Assembly (NCBI GenBank): GCA_054600435.1
Contig: BAAIJX010000063.1
Coordinates: 62,001 to 118,636 of the forward strand
DNA: 56,636 nt
Reading direction: 5' to 3'
Source of the DNA: Neophaeotheca triangularis
Lineage: Eukaryota
Positions 26,641 through 38,029 of this stretch are shown here, in pieces. The notes under the pieces are model-generated. The model had not been told where the DNA came from and made no database searches. It saw nothing but the letters and a program-made list of their open reading frames with translations. The stretch's first letter is position 1; each line of letters begins with the position of its first letter. The position numbers and the translations under genes are program-made.

Positions 26641-27357
26641 TTACCCTATCCATCCACTCTGACCACTCTGACCACTCTTCGCCCTCTGGACCTCTTCAAG
26701 CGTAAGACCGCGCTCCGACAAAGCCTTCCGCAAAGGGCTATCCGGCAGCAACGGCCGCCTGCCCAAAGCCTCCAAGTGCACGATGCGCTTCGTCCTCTTT
26801 CTCATCTCACGGTCCAGATCTAGGAAGCCTGGGATGATCTCGGTCCAGTCTTTCGCGCCGAGAGCTTTGAGGAGCCAGCTTTGCTCGGACTTGGGCTGCG
26901 CGCTAGTAGGTATTGGTGCAGCGGTTGCGATGGCTCCAGCTGTTGTTATGCTTTGCGGGATAGTTGTTTCTCGCGGAGCGGCATTGTCATCCGGAGTCGT
27001 TGCGTCTCCCACGGCGAACGAACCCCTCATACTGATCTCTCCGGAGTCCGGCGCCGTCTCCTCCACAGAGGGCTCCCTTAATTCCGCCTCAAGCGCCTCA
27101 GCTTCCGCTTTCAAGATCGCCGCCTTCGTCGCCTCGCGGTCGTTGGCTTCTCTATAGTTTCTCAGAACGTTGCGACGTCGAGTGGTAGGCGAAGGTGCAT
27201 CGTCGTAGAAATCCAAGTTCGCCCAGCATCGGACTTGAGGATGCGAGCCCTGGCAATGCTTGCAGGTTCCGTAGCACTGGTTCCAGCTGTGGCCTGGGTT
27301 CCAGCAAGTTTGGCAGTAGATTGGGGGGAGCTCTGCGTGGTTCTGTGAGGTGTTCAT
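26641..27357 (-). CDS. Orphan protein (~238 aa) with tandem CCHC zinc knuckles
   Basis: N-terminal CQTCWNPGHSWNQC (CX2CX4HX4C) plus CKHCQGSHPQVRC (CX2CX3HX4C), followed by a coiled-coil-like segment; intact ORF. Confidence 0.65.
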   Translation of the reverse strand: MNTSQNHAELPPIYCQTCWNPGHSWNQCYGTCKHCQGSHPQVRCWANLDFYDDAPSPTTRRRNVLRNYREANDREATKAAILKAEAEALEAELREPSVEETAPDSGEISMRGSFAVGDATTPDDNAAPRETTIPQSITTAGAIATAAPIPTSAQPKSEQSWLLKALGAKDWTEIIPGFLDLDREMRKRTKRIVHLEALGRRPLLPDSPLRKALSERGLTLEEVQRAKSGQSGQSGWIG

Positions 27358-27927
27358 AATGTTGTTGGTATTGTGACTCGATGGTAAAAGGCTAGCTGAG
27401 CGGGTGCATGTATAGCTAAGTAAAATGGAAGTTCTGAAAAATGAAGGTGAAGGTGAAACCCCGACGAGAGTGATTGCCAAGACTTGCAATGTCTTCCATT
27501 CACGCGACAGCTTTGCCTCTGTCTCTTACTTAGATGTTTGGCCTGGGTACTTCTGAGACTTACATGAAAAGGCGACGGCAGTGAGACATCTTGTAGAACG
27601 GATTACTCCGCTTTCAGTCGCTGAGCGACCCAGACCTCTGCAAAACAAGCTAGCAGCAGTCGCAAGTCGTAAACCCCAAGCGCTACGCTGGCCACCCAGA
27701 AAATCCCCCCGCTTCGAATATGCCAGACAAGCTATGCATAATGAATGAGAAAGAGAATGACCGCTCCAGCACGCTAAAACGCAACACCAAAGAAAGAGAT
27801 CTTCTCTATCAAACCTAATTATCTATCCTCTTCATTATTCTCATAAGCCATAAAGTCGTAAGGAGAGGAAGAGAAATGCAGCTGAGTAGAACGAAAAGAA
27901 ACACGAAAGAAGAAGGAAAGCCCATAA

Positions 27928-28839
27928 TCACACCTTCGACATCTCACTCCCCTGAACTCTGCCCCTCCTCCCCCTCAACGCCGCATACGAACTCAACGCG
28001 CTCGCCATTAGAAACGCCCAACTCGCCCACAAAAACGTGCTTCCGAAGTGATATTCCGTCCAAGAACGGCTGAGCAAGCCCAGGATGCTGCAGAAGATGA
28101 AGCCCAAACTGCCAATCAGGTTTAGCATGTTGGCGTGCCAGACCATGTTCCAGAAAGCCGGGCGGTACCAAGCGGTTTGGGATTGCAGCATCAGGAGCGT
28201 GGAAGACGTGGCGAATCCGACCGCGGCGACGAGTTGTGGGAATCGGATCCAGGTTGCGATGACGCCGTAGCGGTGGATGGAAATCAGCGCTAGGACGCCC
28301 GTGAGGGTATAGATGGTGGAGCTGGCGACGGAAATGAGGCCCGCAATGCATTGGGCTTCGGTGAAGTAGTAGGTGCGGAGTTCGTAGAGGGTTGGGAAGG
28401 TGCGCCAGGTGAGGGTGTCAGCCTGGGCAGCGGCGGTGGGCTCGTTTCCGTCGACGGAGTTGAGACTGAAAGCGCGGATTCGGCTGGTTGTCTTCTCCAA
28501 GACTTCCGTTACGGCGATCATGCAGGACCCTCGACGGATCTTCGCTTCCTTCTCCTCTTGTCCGCCCTCGACTCCCTCGTCCTGGTACACCACGGTGCCG
28601 TAGTTGGGCTGAGAGCGGAATTTCAAGCTCTCGCCTCGCTTCGATTTGACGACATGCGTGAAAGAGATGGCGCCGCCGATCAAGAACAGCGCGCTGCTCA
28701 TCAAACTCAGGACACCCTCGATATACAGGACGAGCGGCGGGGGCGTGAAGCCCGGCGAAATGTTGGGCCAAAAGGAGAGGACGGCATTTCCGGTGAGGAC
28801 GACGCAGGCGATGGTGAAGACGATGGCGGCCTGGAGCAT
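27928..28839 (-). CDS. Integral membrane protein of unknown function (YrhK-like segments)
   Basis: 303-aa ORF with about 6 TM segments and motifs QTAWYRPA..WH..LNLIGSLGF and STFLWASWAFL. Upstream exons are possible. Confidence 0.7.
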   Translation of the reverse strand: MLQAAIVFTIACVVLTGNAVLSFWPNISPGFTPPPLVLYIEGVLSLMSSALFLIGGAISFTHVVKSKRGESLKFRSQPNYGTVVYQDEGVEGGQEEKEAKIRRGSCMIAVTEVLEKTTSRIRAFSLNSVDGNEPTAAAQADTLTWRTFPTLYELRTYYFTEAQCIAGLISVASSTIYTLTGVLALISIHRYGVIATWIRFPQLVAAVGFATSSTLLMLQSQTAWYRPAFWNMVWHANMLNLIGSLGFIFCSILGLLSRSWTEYHFGSTFLWASWAFLMASALSSYAALRGRRGRVQGSEMSKV

Positions 28840-30506
28840 TGGAGCAACGAAATTCGCTGCTGCTCAGTTATCTCTGGAAGAGGCAGAGTAGTGGTGGTGA
28901 CTTGGGCGCCCCGTGCCCTTGTGTAGTCAGAAAATAGAATCGTCCAGAGTGACTATTAGTGGAGTTCAGCTTGCAGGAGTGAAGGGAAACTCTATTACCA
29001 GAGCAAAGGCCATGATCGTTCATATAACAGTCTCGCATACAACATTCTTCCAAGAGGCATGCTTGAGAACTCCACACACACCTTTTGCACATTCTTTACG
29101 GGGCGCCTACCAAACGCGGTTCGAAAACCCCTACAATACTATCGCCATCGCTTCTCCGTCGCGCTTAGGGAGAAAACCCCGCAAGAACGACTCACCCCAT
29201 CAGAGCAAACAGCCCACCATCGCCACGCCGCGCGAGTTGGCCCTTTTGCAAATCCTTCGCAGACGAGTCAACTTTCAAGGCAAGAATGGATTTGCAGACC
29301 TTTTTGAGCAATAGCGGCGGCAAAAGCAACGTCAACGGGCCGTCCCTTTCGTCGCAAGTGTCAGGCAGCCCAGGGTCGTGCAGGGTCTGCATGCGCAAGG
29401 CGTCGGGCGTCTGTCCATCATCATGTCTCGCTTGCCACTTCTAGCCCGATCACGACCGCTGGAGCTACATGGGTAGTATTATTATTGATTGCGCAATAAA
29501 CAGCTGCCCACGCCACTACCTATACTAACTAATGTAGCAACGCAAGCTGCCCAGCGCTCTACAGCTGCGCTCGCCGGGACTCGCCTGCCGAATTCAGCTT
29601 GACGCGCTCCGTGGCCCATTAATTAGGTCTAGAAGGACACCAAGGCGTGGTGGGCGTGGTAGCCAGCTATCGCTTGCAACTTGCAAAAGATAAATATTAA
29701 CAAGAGAAGAGACAATCATGGCGGTGTGGAAGATAAGCGCTGACATGTCGCCGGGCGGGTTTGGTGTTGCGGTGACGTTGGAGTTAGGTTATGGATATTG
29801 GTCTTAGAAACTTACCTCCTACGGTATTTATTCATTGATGGCGGGCGGCCGTTTGTGTGTCCACTTTCAGCCTAGGTACAGTATATCCCCGTGGGCAGAG
29901 AAAGTATATCACAGGCCCCACGCTGGCGGAGTCTAGCTCGGTGGGTCTGAAGGAGTGGTGGTTTCTATGGTCTCCCGTGAAGTGACTTCCGGGCGACCTG
30001 GCTTCCTCATACATACTAGGTACGCATGCAGCATGCTGTAGAGCATCTGGCATAATTTGGAAAAGAAGGTGCAGATACTCGATACCGAAGGGTTATCGAT
30101 TCCCTCCATCGAGGCGGCAAAACGGCGAATATGATGAAGTTTTGTGACATGCACAGTACTAACAGACTTCAGTGTTGATGATGAAAATCGATGGTATCAT
30201 ACAGCGCTACAATCATTGGCAAAGCCGAAAGCAAACGCCGCACTTTCTCCATAGCCTGCCTTTTGGACCTCCCCTAACGCCTCTGCTGTCGAGTACTGTT
30301 GATCCCGTACGAAAAATTGCTCAATGATGGTGCTTTGCTCTCGACACCCCCTCTCCCTTAACGGCTCGCCTGAATCCATTGGCGTCAGCAGCTCACCTGT
30401 CCTTTCAACTGCCAAAGAACCTGGGACCACTCGCCATCAAGCCTACTCACTGCTTCAACTTTCCCCTCACAACTCCAGCAACCATCTCCGACCCGCCACA
30501 CCCAAC

Positions 30507-32729
30507 CTATCCTAATCCCCTAACATGCGTATCAAAGACCTCATTCCGCCAACCCCCAACCTCAAACTCATCCACCCTCTCCCCTGCCAGCAACGCCTCC
30601 TCATTCCAAAGCTTAACAACACTGCCAGGCGCATAAACACCCTTGAAAACGCCCTTGCCCGGCTGCGCGAGTCCAACCCTGGAATAAACGTCCGGGTCCT
30701 CTGCAGGCTGCAAGCGCGCCGAGACGGCCTTGAAAAAGGTCATCAAATCCTCCGGGTTGGAGATGCGCGTCGCACGTAGGCGTTCGCGGGCGAAGAGGAG
30801 TTCGCGGTTGGCGGCGTGCAGGGTGTCTGCGAGAGCAGAAGCGAGTTGCTTTTCCATGACTTTGCGGACAATGGGGCGCAGGAGGGGTTTCATTAGCCAG
30901 CCGAACCAGGAAAATTTGGACTTGCGGAAGCGATAGTCGAGTTTGTGGATGTGGACGTGGACGTCTTTGAGGGTCAGGATTTGCTCAAGGCGCTCTTTGC
31001 AGATTTCAACGTCGAGGTGAATGTCGATGCCGCGATCGTCGAGGGCGAATGAGGCGATGCCTTCATCTGCAAGGCGCAAGATGCCGGAGTGGGCGCGCAG
31101 CCAAAAGCCGATCTCGTCGGCTTTGGCCGAGAGACCGTCGATTTTGATTGTGACGAGGGAGGAGGTGGCGGTTGTGGTGCGTGAGCGGGCTTTGCGGATT
31201 TCGAGGTCGTTGTAGGTCTCGACTTTGAGGCGGTATGGGAGGAAGGAAGTGTGGTTGACAGTGTGGCCGGGTTCGATTATCAGATTCTCGAGTAGTAGGT
31301 CGATCTCGGGTGTGCTGACTTCGAGTCGTGGGATGGGGATGTATTGTATCGCGGCGATGAGTAGCGGGACGAAGGTATGGATGCTGTCGTCTAGGAGCTC
31401 GGGGTTGGTAATGTTGTTGATGGGGGAGAGGATGTGGAAGAGGGCAAATGTGGTTTTGAGGAGGTTGCTGATGTCTTTGTCATCGAGGACACCGCGCAGG
31501 GTTGTTTGCATCTGGTTCAGGAGAGCTTCGACATCTTGACTCAGACCACTCTCGTTACCCACGCGCTTGCTTTTGTCGCGCAGCTCTTCGAACTTGGCGG
31601 GCGCGTTGGTGAAGAACTCAGGGTCAGTCAGCAGCTTCTGCAGGCTGTTGCCTACATCTTGCATCAAGCCTTCAAACTCCGGGTCTTTCTGGCTATGGCT
31701 CATGACTTTCTTGAACAGGCTTTCGCACTTCTGCCACTCGTTCCTATCGCCGAAGCTTGTGACCAAAAGCCACAGATTGTGCATAGCACGGTCTGCAGCT
31801 CGGTTCTCTTCGACGTCCTCTTGAGCCACCTCAGCCACCTCTTCTGCAGCTCGTGAATATACCATGGCGTAGCGTTTTATGAGCAAAGCGATGGTGGAGA
31901 CCGAGTCGGAGTAATCGTTCCGCTGCCTCAGCTTCGTGACTGCTTCTTGAAGTCTATTGAGTAAAGTGCGACCTTCGTCGCCAGAGAGGTGGTCTTTGGC
32001 GCTTTCAGCAGCGGACGTTGTCACAGCCGCTGTGCCATTTCCAACGACTTTGGCAAGATCCTCGGCCTCCTCTTCCAAGTCCTTGCCGGTAGGTGTCTTT
32101 CCATTGGCATCGGCCCCAGGCTTTGCAACTGCATCCTTTTCTTCCTTGGACGGTTCCAACTTCTTTCCCGCCTCTTCGGCGACGTTGCTGAGGGTAAAAG
32201 CAGAATCTCTAAAGACCTCTCTACCTACAACATTAAGGTCACCCAAGAAGACTCTGAAGTCGGAGTTGGTAAGAAGCAACGAGCCGACAGTTCGCAAGCT
32301 TTGGTAAGCAGCAGCCGTATCCGCCTTGACTTTCGACTTTTGCACCTGCTTCGTGATGTCCGCGGTGTCAATGCTGATCCTGCTCTTGGTCAAGAACCAT
32401 ACCAGATCTTGCAGTTGATCTTCGCCATTCTTGTGCTCCAGAAGGTCCATGAACTGTTGAAGCCATGTTCGAGTATACTTGACCAGGTTGTTGCCGCTTT
32501 GGGAGAGCTCCTCGTTGTCCGGCCTTAGGATGTCGCTGCCTAGAAGGGTTCGTAGGTTGATGATGATTTGTTCGGTGCTCGGCATGAAGCCTTTGGACAT
32601 GGCTCGGAACATCTGATATGTGTGCAGCTTCTGGTACAGCTCGCGTTGGAGCTCCGTGTCCTGAGCATACTGAGGCAATAGTGGTTCCCTTTCGTCGGAC
32701 TGCTTGCGAAATCCGAAGCACGAGGACAT
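30507..32729 (-). CDS. HAM1-like / DUF4449 (BPI/TULIP-like) conserved fungal protein
   Basis: 740-aa intact ORF; KLHTYQMFRAMSKGFMPSTEQ N-terminus, IQYIPIPRLE..EIDLLLENL and a beta-rich C-terminus typical of this family (recognised from memory). Confidence 0.75.
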   Translation of the reverse strand: MSSCFGFRKQSDEREPLLPQYAQDTELQRELYQKLHTYQMFRAMSKGFMPSTEQIIINLRTLLGSDILRPDNEELSQSGNNLVKYTRTWLQQFMDLLEHKNGEDQLQDLVWFLTKSRISIDTADITKQVQKSKVKADTAAAYQSLRTVGSLLLTNSDFRVFLGDLNVVGREVFRDSAFTLSNVAEEAGKKLEPSKEEKDAVAKPGADANGKTPTGKDLEEEAEDLAKVVGNGTAAVTTSAAESAKDHLSGDEGRTLLNRLQEAVTKLRQRNDYSDSVSTIALLIKRYAMVYSRAAEEVAEVAQEDVEENRAADRAMHNLWLLVTSFGDRNEWQKCESLFKKVMSHSQKDPEFEGLMQDVGNSLQKLLTDPEFFTNAPAKFEELRDKSKRVGNESGLSQDVEALLNQMQTTLRGVLDDKDISNLLKTTFALFHILSPINNITNPELLDDSIHTFVPLLIAAIQYIPIPRLEVSTPEIDLLLENLIIEPGHTVNHTSFLPYRLKVETYNDLEIRKARSRTTTATSSLVTIKIDGLSAKADEIGFWLRAHSGILRLADEGIASFALDDRGIDIHLDVEICKERLEQILTLKDVHVHIHKLDYRFRKSKFSWFGWLMKPLLRPIVRKVMEKQLASALADTLHAANRELLFARERLRATRISNPEDLMTFFKAVSARLQPAEDPDVYSRVGLAQPGKGVFKGVYAPGSVVKLWNEEALLAGERVDEFEVGGWRNEVFDTHVRGLG

Positions 32730-33716
32730 GTCGGGCGAGTTGTCGGGTAGGTAGGCTGTTTGAGCTGTTCGTGGGTTACCCAGTCGAGCGACTTCAGCTA
32801 GTCTGGCAGGGTGATGGCGTACGGGACGGTATGAGGTTCAAGTCAGGGTGAGGTACCTAAGTGGTAAGGTAGTTGGCAGAGGATGGTGGTATTGTCGGCC
32901 AGAGGTTGAAACGGTAAGGTAAGGTAGGTATTGGAAGGTAAGAAGCAGGCGCAGGCGAAGCTTTTGGTGGAGTCTGGGGAAAGCTCCTGGCATGACGCTG
33001 TGGCTAGTGACGGAAACACGTGCAGACACCCGGGCAGGCCAGGCCCAGGCCCAGGCTCAGGCCGGCGTGGCTGAAGAGCTGTACATGTCGGACAAGGACC
33101 TCTAGACCAGGACAAAAACTGATACTTTGCTACCATTCGACAAGACGAAGCTAAGGTATCTATCTATCCACCACCTCCGAGGAACGAAAAGGGACGGGAG
33201 GTGACTTTGAAAGTGTGAAGTGTATAGGTACAACCTCGAATCGAGGCAGTCCAACGTCCACACCCGTTCCCGGCCGATTATGAGTGATTACCACTGGAAA
33301 GCACTTCCGATTTCGGGGGAACGTGGAAAGCTGCAGCTCGATCATCTGTGGGGAAGACGCGCGAGCTTGGATTTTATGGATTCGCAACCAACGCGCAACC
33401 AAACAACAAGACGACGAAGAAGACAGATAGCAGCAAGATGATGCACGGCAACAACAGCCCGAGATCAATGATGATGGATATATGGTCTAGCAAGGCTTTC
33501 GCATGCATTTCACGTCTCTGGACACGGTAACGAATAATGTGTAACGCGAATACATGACTTCGGCCGGGCCGCATTAAGTCCGCTGCGGGTAATCAGACTC
33601 AATGCGAGCAACAAAGTCGAGTCACCTCAACTACAGCAAAAAACATTCAACGCCAACACCAAAAGAAACGAGGAGGAGAGGAGAGGAGAGCCGGTGTTGT
33701 TTGTACCTAGTTACTA

Positions 33717-33749
33717 CCTGTCTACCTACCTACCTACCTACCTATCTAA
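33717..33749 (+). repeat. (CCTA)n microsatellite
   Basis: acctgtctacctacctacctacctacctatcta. Confidence 0.8.
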
Positions 33750-34131
33750 CCTTCTTCACTTCCTCCATCTACCACCTTACTGTCATTGCCTTTTCTCGCC
33801 CTCCGAAGCTTCCCTTCCAAACCGAGCCCGCAACAAGAGCCATTGGATCCACCACTCCACGTTGTTCCGACCTCGACCGATATTCTCAAACATCTCCCCA
33901 AACAGGTACTCTTTGACCTCGGGGCGCCCTTTCCCTCTGCTTCTGCCCTTTGTATATCATCCATCCCCCCCAAATACCGCGGTTCAATCCTCTCCAATGC
34001 CATTGCGGTTCCCTCCGAAGAAGTTTCCGAGTATACCTAGTGTTCCGCCTACACCACATTCCTATCCTTCTCTCAGACCCACACTATATCCAGTTCGAAT
34101 CTCGACTACAACCTCAAGGACCAACGCGACC

Positions 34132-36485
34132 ATGTCAGACGTCAAGAGTCAACAGCCGCGTGCAAACATTAGACAGGCCCACCACATGGCACCCACTAGT
34201 AGCCAGCATGTTCCTCACACGTAAGTGTGCATTGGCATGGAGAATGCAGACAGAATGGCAAAAGCTTTGGAGCTCATACCTACCCACACCAGCACCGACT
34301 ACGACACCACCCATTCCCATCAAGCACGAAGATACCTGAGGACGTACGGTCTCACGCCTCCCGCCATTGAGACCTTCGACATGCAAGCCAAGAGATGTTC
34401 GTAGATGAACCGTTCCCGGGGAAGCTTGACACCTCCGCTAACCATGCATACCTTACCGTTTCCAGGCCTCGCCCTCTTACGTTCGCGAAAGACGCCAATC
34501 GAGAAATATCAATACTTGTCCGTCCTCCGGAATAGCAACAGCCATCTGTTTTACCGTCTGCTGGCGAGCAACGTCAAAGTTAGTTGTCCAAAAGAAAAAA
34601 GAAAAAGAAAAAAAAAAAGGCAGAGCAGTAGATAGCAAGATCTGACAAGCAGCAATAATAGGAACTCACACCTTTCATCTACACGCCGACCGTGGGCGAA
34701 GCGTGTCAAAGATGGTCGGAAATCTACACACAACCAGAGGGCATGTACCTGTCATACGCTGACAAGGGGCACCTTCACAATGTCATCCAGAATTGGCCGC
34801 GTGATGTTGAGATCACTGTGGTGACAGACGGCTCGCGGATCTTGGGACTAGGCGACCTTGGAATCAATGGTATGGGCATACCGGTGGGGAAGCTGGCTCT
34901 TTACACCGCGTGTGCTGGTATCAGCCCAGACAAAACTCTGCCGTTGTGTCTGGATCTCGGTACGAACAACCAGGCGCTGCTGGACGACCCGTTGTACCTC
35001 GGTAGCAGGAGGAACAAGGTGACTGCAGACGAGGAGAGGGAGTTCTTGGATGAGATGATGGCCGCGCTGACCGAGAGGTGGCCTGGGTATGTCCTCAACC
35101 GTCCAAGGAGCTACCAGTTCACTCGCTAACTTGCGCACCGCAGAATCGTCATTCAATATGAAGATTTCAAAAACCCGTTCCCCTCGCTCGAACGCTACCA
35201 AAACACCTACTCCATGTTCAACGACGACATTCAAGGAACAGGCGCCGTCATCCTCGCAGGTGTTATCAACGCAGTCAAGCAATCTGGTATCCCGACGAAA
35301 GAGCAACGAGCCGTGTTCCTCGGCGCTGGTTCAGCAGGAGTCGGGGTAGCAAAGCAGATTGTGGCTTTCTTCATGAAAGAAGGATTGACCGAGGACCAAG
35401 CCCGGCGGTGCTTCTGGCTTGTCGATTCCAAGGGACTCGTAACTGACGACCGACCGGGCGAACTCGCCGAGCATAAGAAATATTTCTCGCGCGACGACAA
35501 CCAAGGCAAGCAACACGGCACGCTCGAGGAAGTGGTCGAGCACGTCAAACCGACCATCCTGATGGGTCTCTCGACCATCGGAGGCGCCTTCACCCCTCAG
35601 ATCCTGCAACGGATGGCCCAAATTAACGACCGCCCCATCATCTTCCCCCTATCCAACCCCAGCAGCAAATCGGAGTGCACTTTCGAAGAAGCCTACAAGC
35701 ACACCAAGGGCAAATGCCTCTTCGCCTCCGGTTCCCCCTTTCCAACCCTGCACGCCGACGGCAAAGAACTCGTACCCGGCCAAGGCAATAACATGGTAAG
35801 TTCACGTCTGTCATACACCCACCACATGACCGCATGAGCCTAACACTACGCCTAGTACGTCTTCCCAGGCATCGGCCTCGGCGCCATCCTTAGCAAAGCG
35901 GTCAGCGTCACCCAGAACATGATTTACGCCTCCGCCGAAGCCCTCTCCACCGCCCTCACCCAAGATGAAGTGGATTCCAACTGGCTGTATCCCAACGTCA
36001 GCCGCATCCGCGAAGTATCCGCTATCGTCGCCCGCGGCGTCATCAGGGCCGCCCAAGCCGATGGCGTCGATCGCGAACTCGCCTTGAGAAATTTGTCCGA
36101 GGACCAGTTGAACAATTACGTCCGTGAGCGCATGTACGATCCTTTCCTTGAGAAAGAGCGCGTTACTGAGGAAATTCGGGAGATCACTGCTGGGTTGGAA
36201 GGGTTGTTGGCTGGGGGGGAGAATCAAGGTGCGTCGCCTTTGGTCTTTTCTTCACCTTCTGCTTCTGCTGCGATGGGCAACGACGTCAGGCGTGGTGGCG
36301 ATGCTACTGCTACTGCTGGTGTTGCTGCCTCCGACTCTTCTGCTTCTACGCCGCCGACTGCTGGTGGTAGGGCTTCTTCTGGGCGTCCTGCTGATTTGTT
36401 GAGTAGAATCTCTACCAGCGGACCGAGCACGGGGCGCGAGGCGCACGGGGAAGCTATGACAGTGCAGTGGTCCAGGGGCCAATAG
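34132..36485 (+). CDS. Malic enzyme (NAD(P)-dependent), at least 6 exons; alternative end at 36459 if intron 36229-36406 is spliced
   Basis: YGLTPP, IYTPTVGEAC, VTDGSRILGLGDLG, FNDDIQGTG, GAGSAG, IIFPLSNP, FASGSPF and GQGNNM|YVFPGIGLG; canonical introns. Confidence 0.95.
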
Positions 36486-36974
36486 TTGGCAAAGGAAGCA
36501 GGGCAGATGGAGGGGTGAATGAGTCGAGTCCGTGGGGTCCCCCCAAGGGCGGGGAGGGGATGAGAGAGGATGGAAGCACCCATACGCCTGCACTTGAGAG
36601 GAACTGGTAGAGATGACACGTGGCTTGTATCAGGTATCGACATGGGCGGGGCCGGATTCTTTGCTTGGGTTTTTGGTTCTGTTTGGATACCCGCTATGAA
36701 ACTCTTAATCAACACCAACATCAGGTCCGCGGTCGTTTAATCTGGCAAGCGCCCTCGGTCCTGCCAGAAGACCCCACGAAGTTGATTGCATTGAAGCCAC
36801 CGAATATTCCGCCGCGCGCGTGGTGGATGCTTGGATTGCTGAGACTGCTGCTAATCTTAAGTGCATTCATTACTGCCCACACCCTTGTATGCATCGCTGC
36901 TGCTGCAGGCACATTGAGCACTAGCAATCGCCCAAGTACATCCTTGTGATGTAATCCGATGCGCTACACCACCA

Positions 36975-37752
36975 GGCCCAGGCTGCAGCTGCCGAAGCTC
37001 GAGTCGCCACTGCAGGTGAGGTGTTCATGAGCGTCCATTCGTGTGAACGAGGAGGAGGCACAGTCATCGGTGGTTCGCTAAGGGGGACGCTGTCTACAGG
37101 TCGTTTCGGAGCTCGTCCACGCGGCTGCTGAAGCTGGATTTGAGCCTGCAGGTGAGGTGTTTATGCACGTCGATTCCACGTGAAGAGGAGGACGTACGGT
37201 GATCGGTAGTTTGCTAAGGGGGACGTTATCTACAGGTCGTTTCGGAGCTCGTCTGTACGGCTGCTAAAGCTGGATTCAAGACTGTAGGTAAGGTTTTCAC
37301 ACGCGGCCATTTCACGTGAAGGAGAGGATGTACGGTGATTCGTGATTCGGAAGCGCTGAGGGGGAAGCTGTCGACAGGGAGCTTCTGAGCTTCATATCAA
37401 TGCAATGGGTCATATGGCCGAGCTGCAGCTGCTACAGCTGGATTTGAGACTGTAGGTAAGGTTTTCATACGCGGCCATTTCACGTGAAGAGGAGGACGCA
37501 CGGTGATTCGCGATTCGGAAGCGCTGAGGGGAAAGCTGTCTACAGGTCGTTTCTGAGCTTCATATCAATGCAATGGGTCATATGGCCGAGCTGCAGCGGC
37601 TGAGTGGCTGAAGCTGGATCTGCGGCTACATGTAATGAGGGGGACGCATGGTAATAGGCGAGTCGCTAAGGACGAGGCTGCCTAACTATCTAGATACAGG
37701 TCGCTTCTGAGCTCTATGCTAATCCTTGCGAAGGATTGTTTCGTCTGCAGGT
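36975..37752 (+). repeat. Tandem array of 5 units plus a partial unit (periods 136, 136, 168, 176 bp) with splice-like signals
   Basis: Anchor (A/C)AGCT(G/C)GA at 36995, 37131, 37267, 37435 and 37611. Each unit has GT-RA(G/T)G...GCTRAG...ACAG|G. Confidence 0.9.
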
Positions 37753-38029
37753 TGCTCCTATCCTTCCTGTGCTTCACAAGATGGGGCGCCGCCACGCCAC
37801 TCTCGCAGATTCTGAGTCTTGGCGCATACCTGCAAGGCTTTAGGCTTAGGCCATGGCGACTCTTTTAGAGGCTCTCGCATGCCCACCTTCACGCTTTGAA
37901 CATACTGCACGGCTTTTGCTACTCCCTCACCATATCAGCTCGAAGCCTCTTCTATCTCGCCCACACCCTCATTCTTTGGCTGGCGTTCACGCCTAGACGC
38001 CTGATTCTTACGTCTTCGCCGCAGTCAGC

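Noticed and set aside
29000..30450. Possible ncRNA or tRNA in a long intergenic gap
   Set aside because: No cloverleaf, A/B box or snoRNA box pattern could be supported by eye.
36975..37752. CRISPR-like array, ankyrin-coding repeat (LVHAAAEAG), or minus-strand model with 52-nt introns and 84-nt exons
   Set aside because: Eukaryotic context with no unique spacers or cas genes. The 136-bp period breaks the ankyrin-like frame. The minus-strand model has fair donors (GTACGT, GTGCGT) but no branch sites and stops in all three frames.
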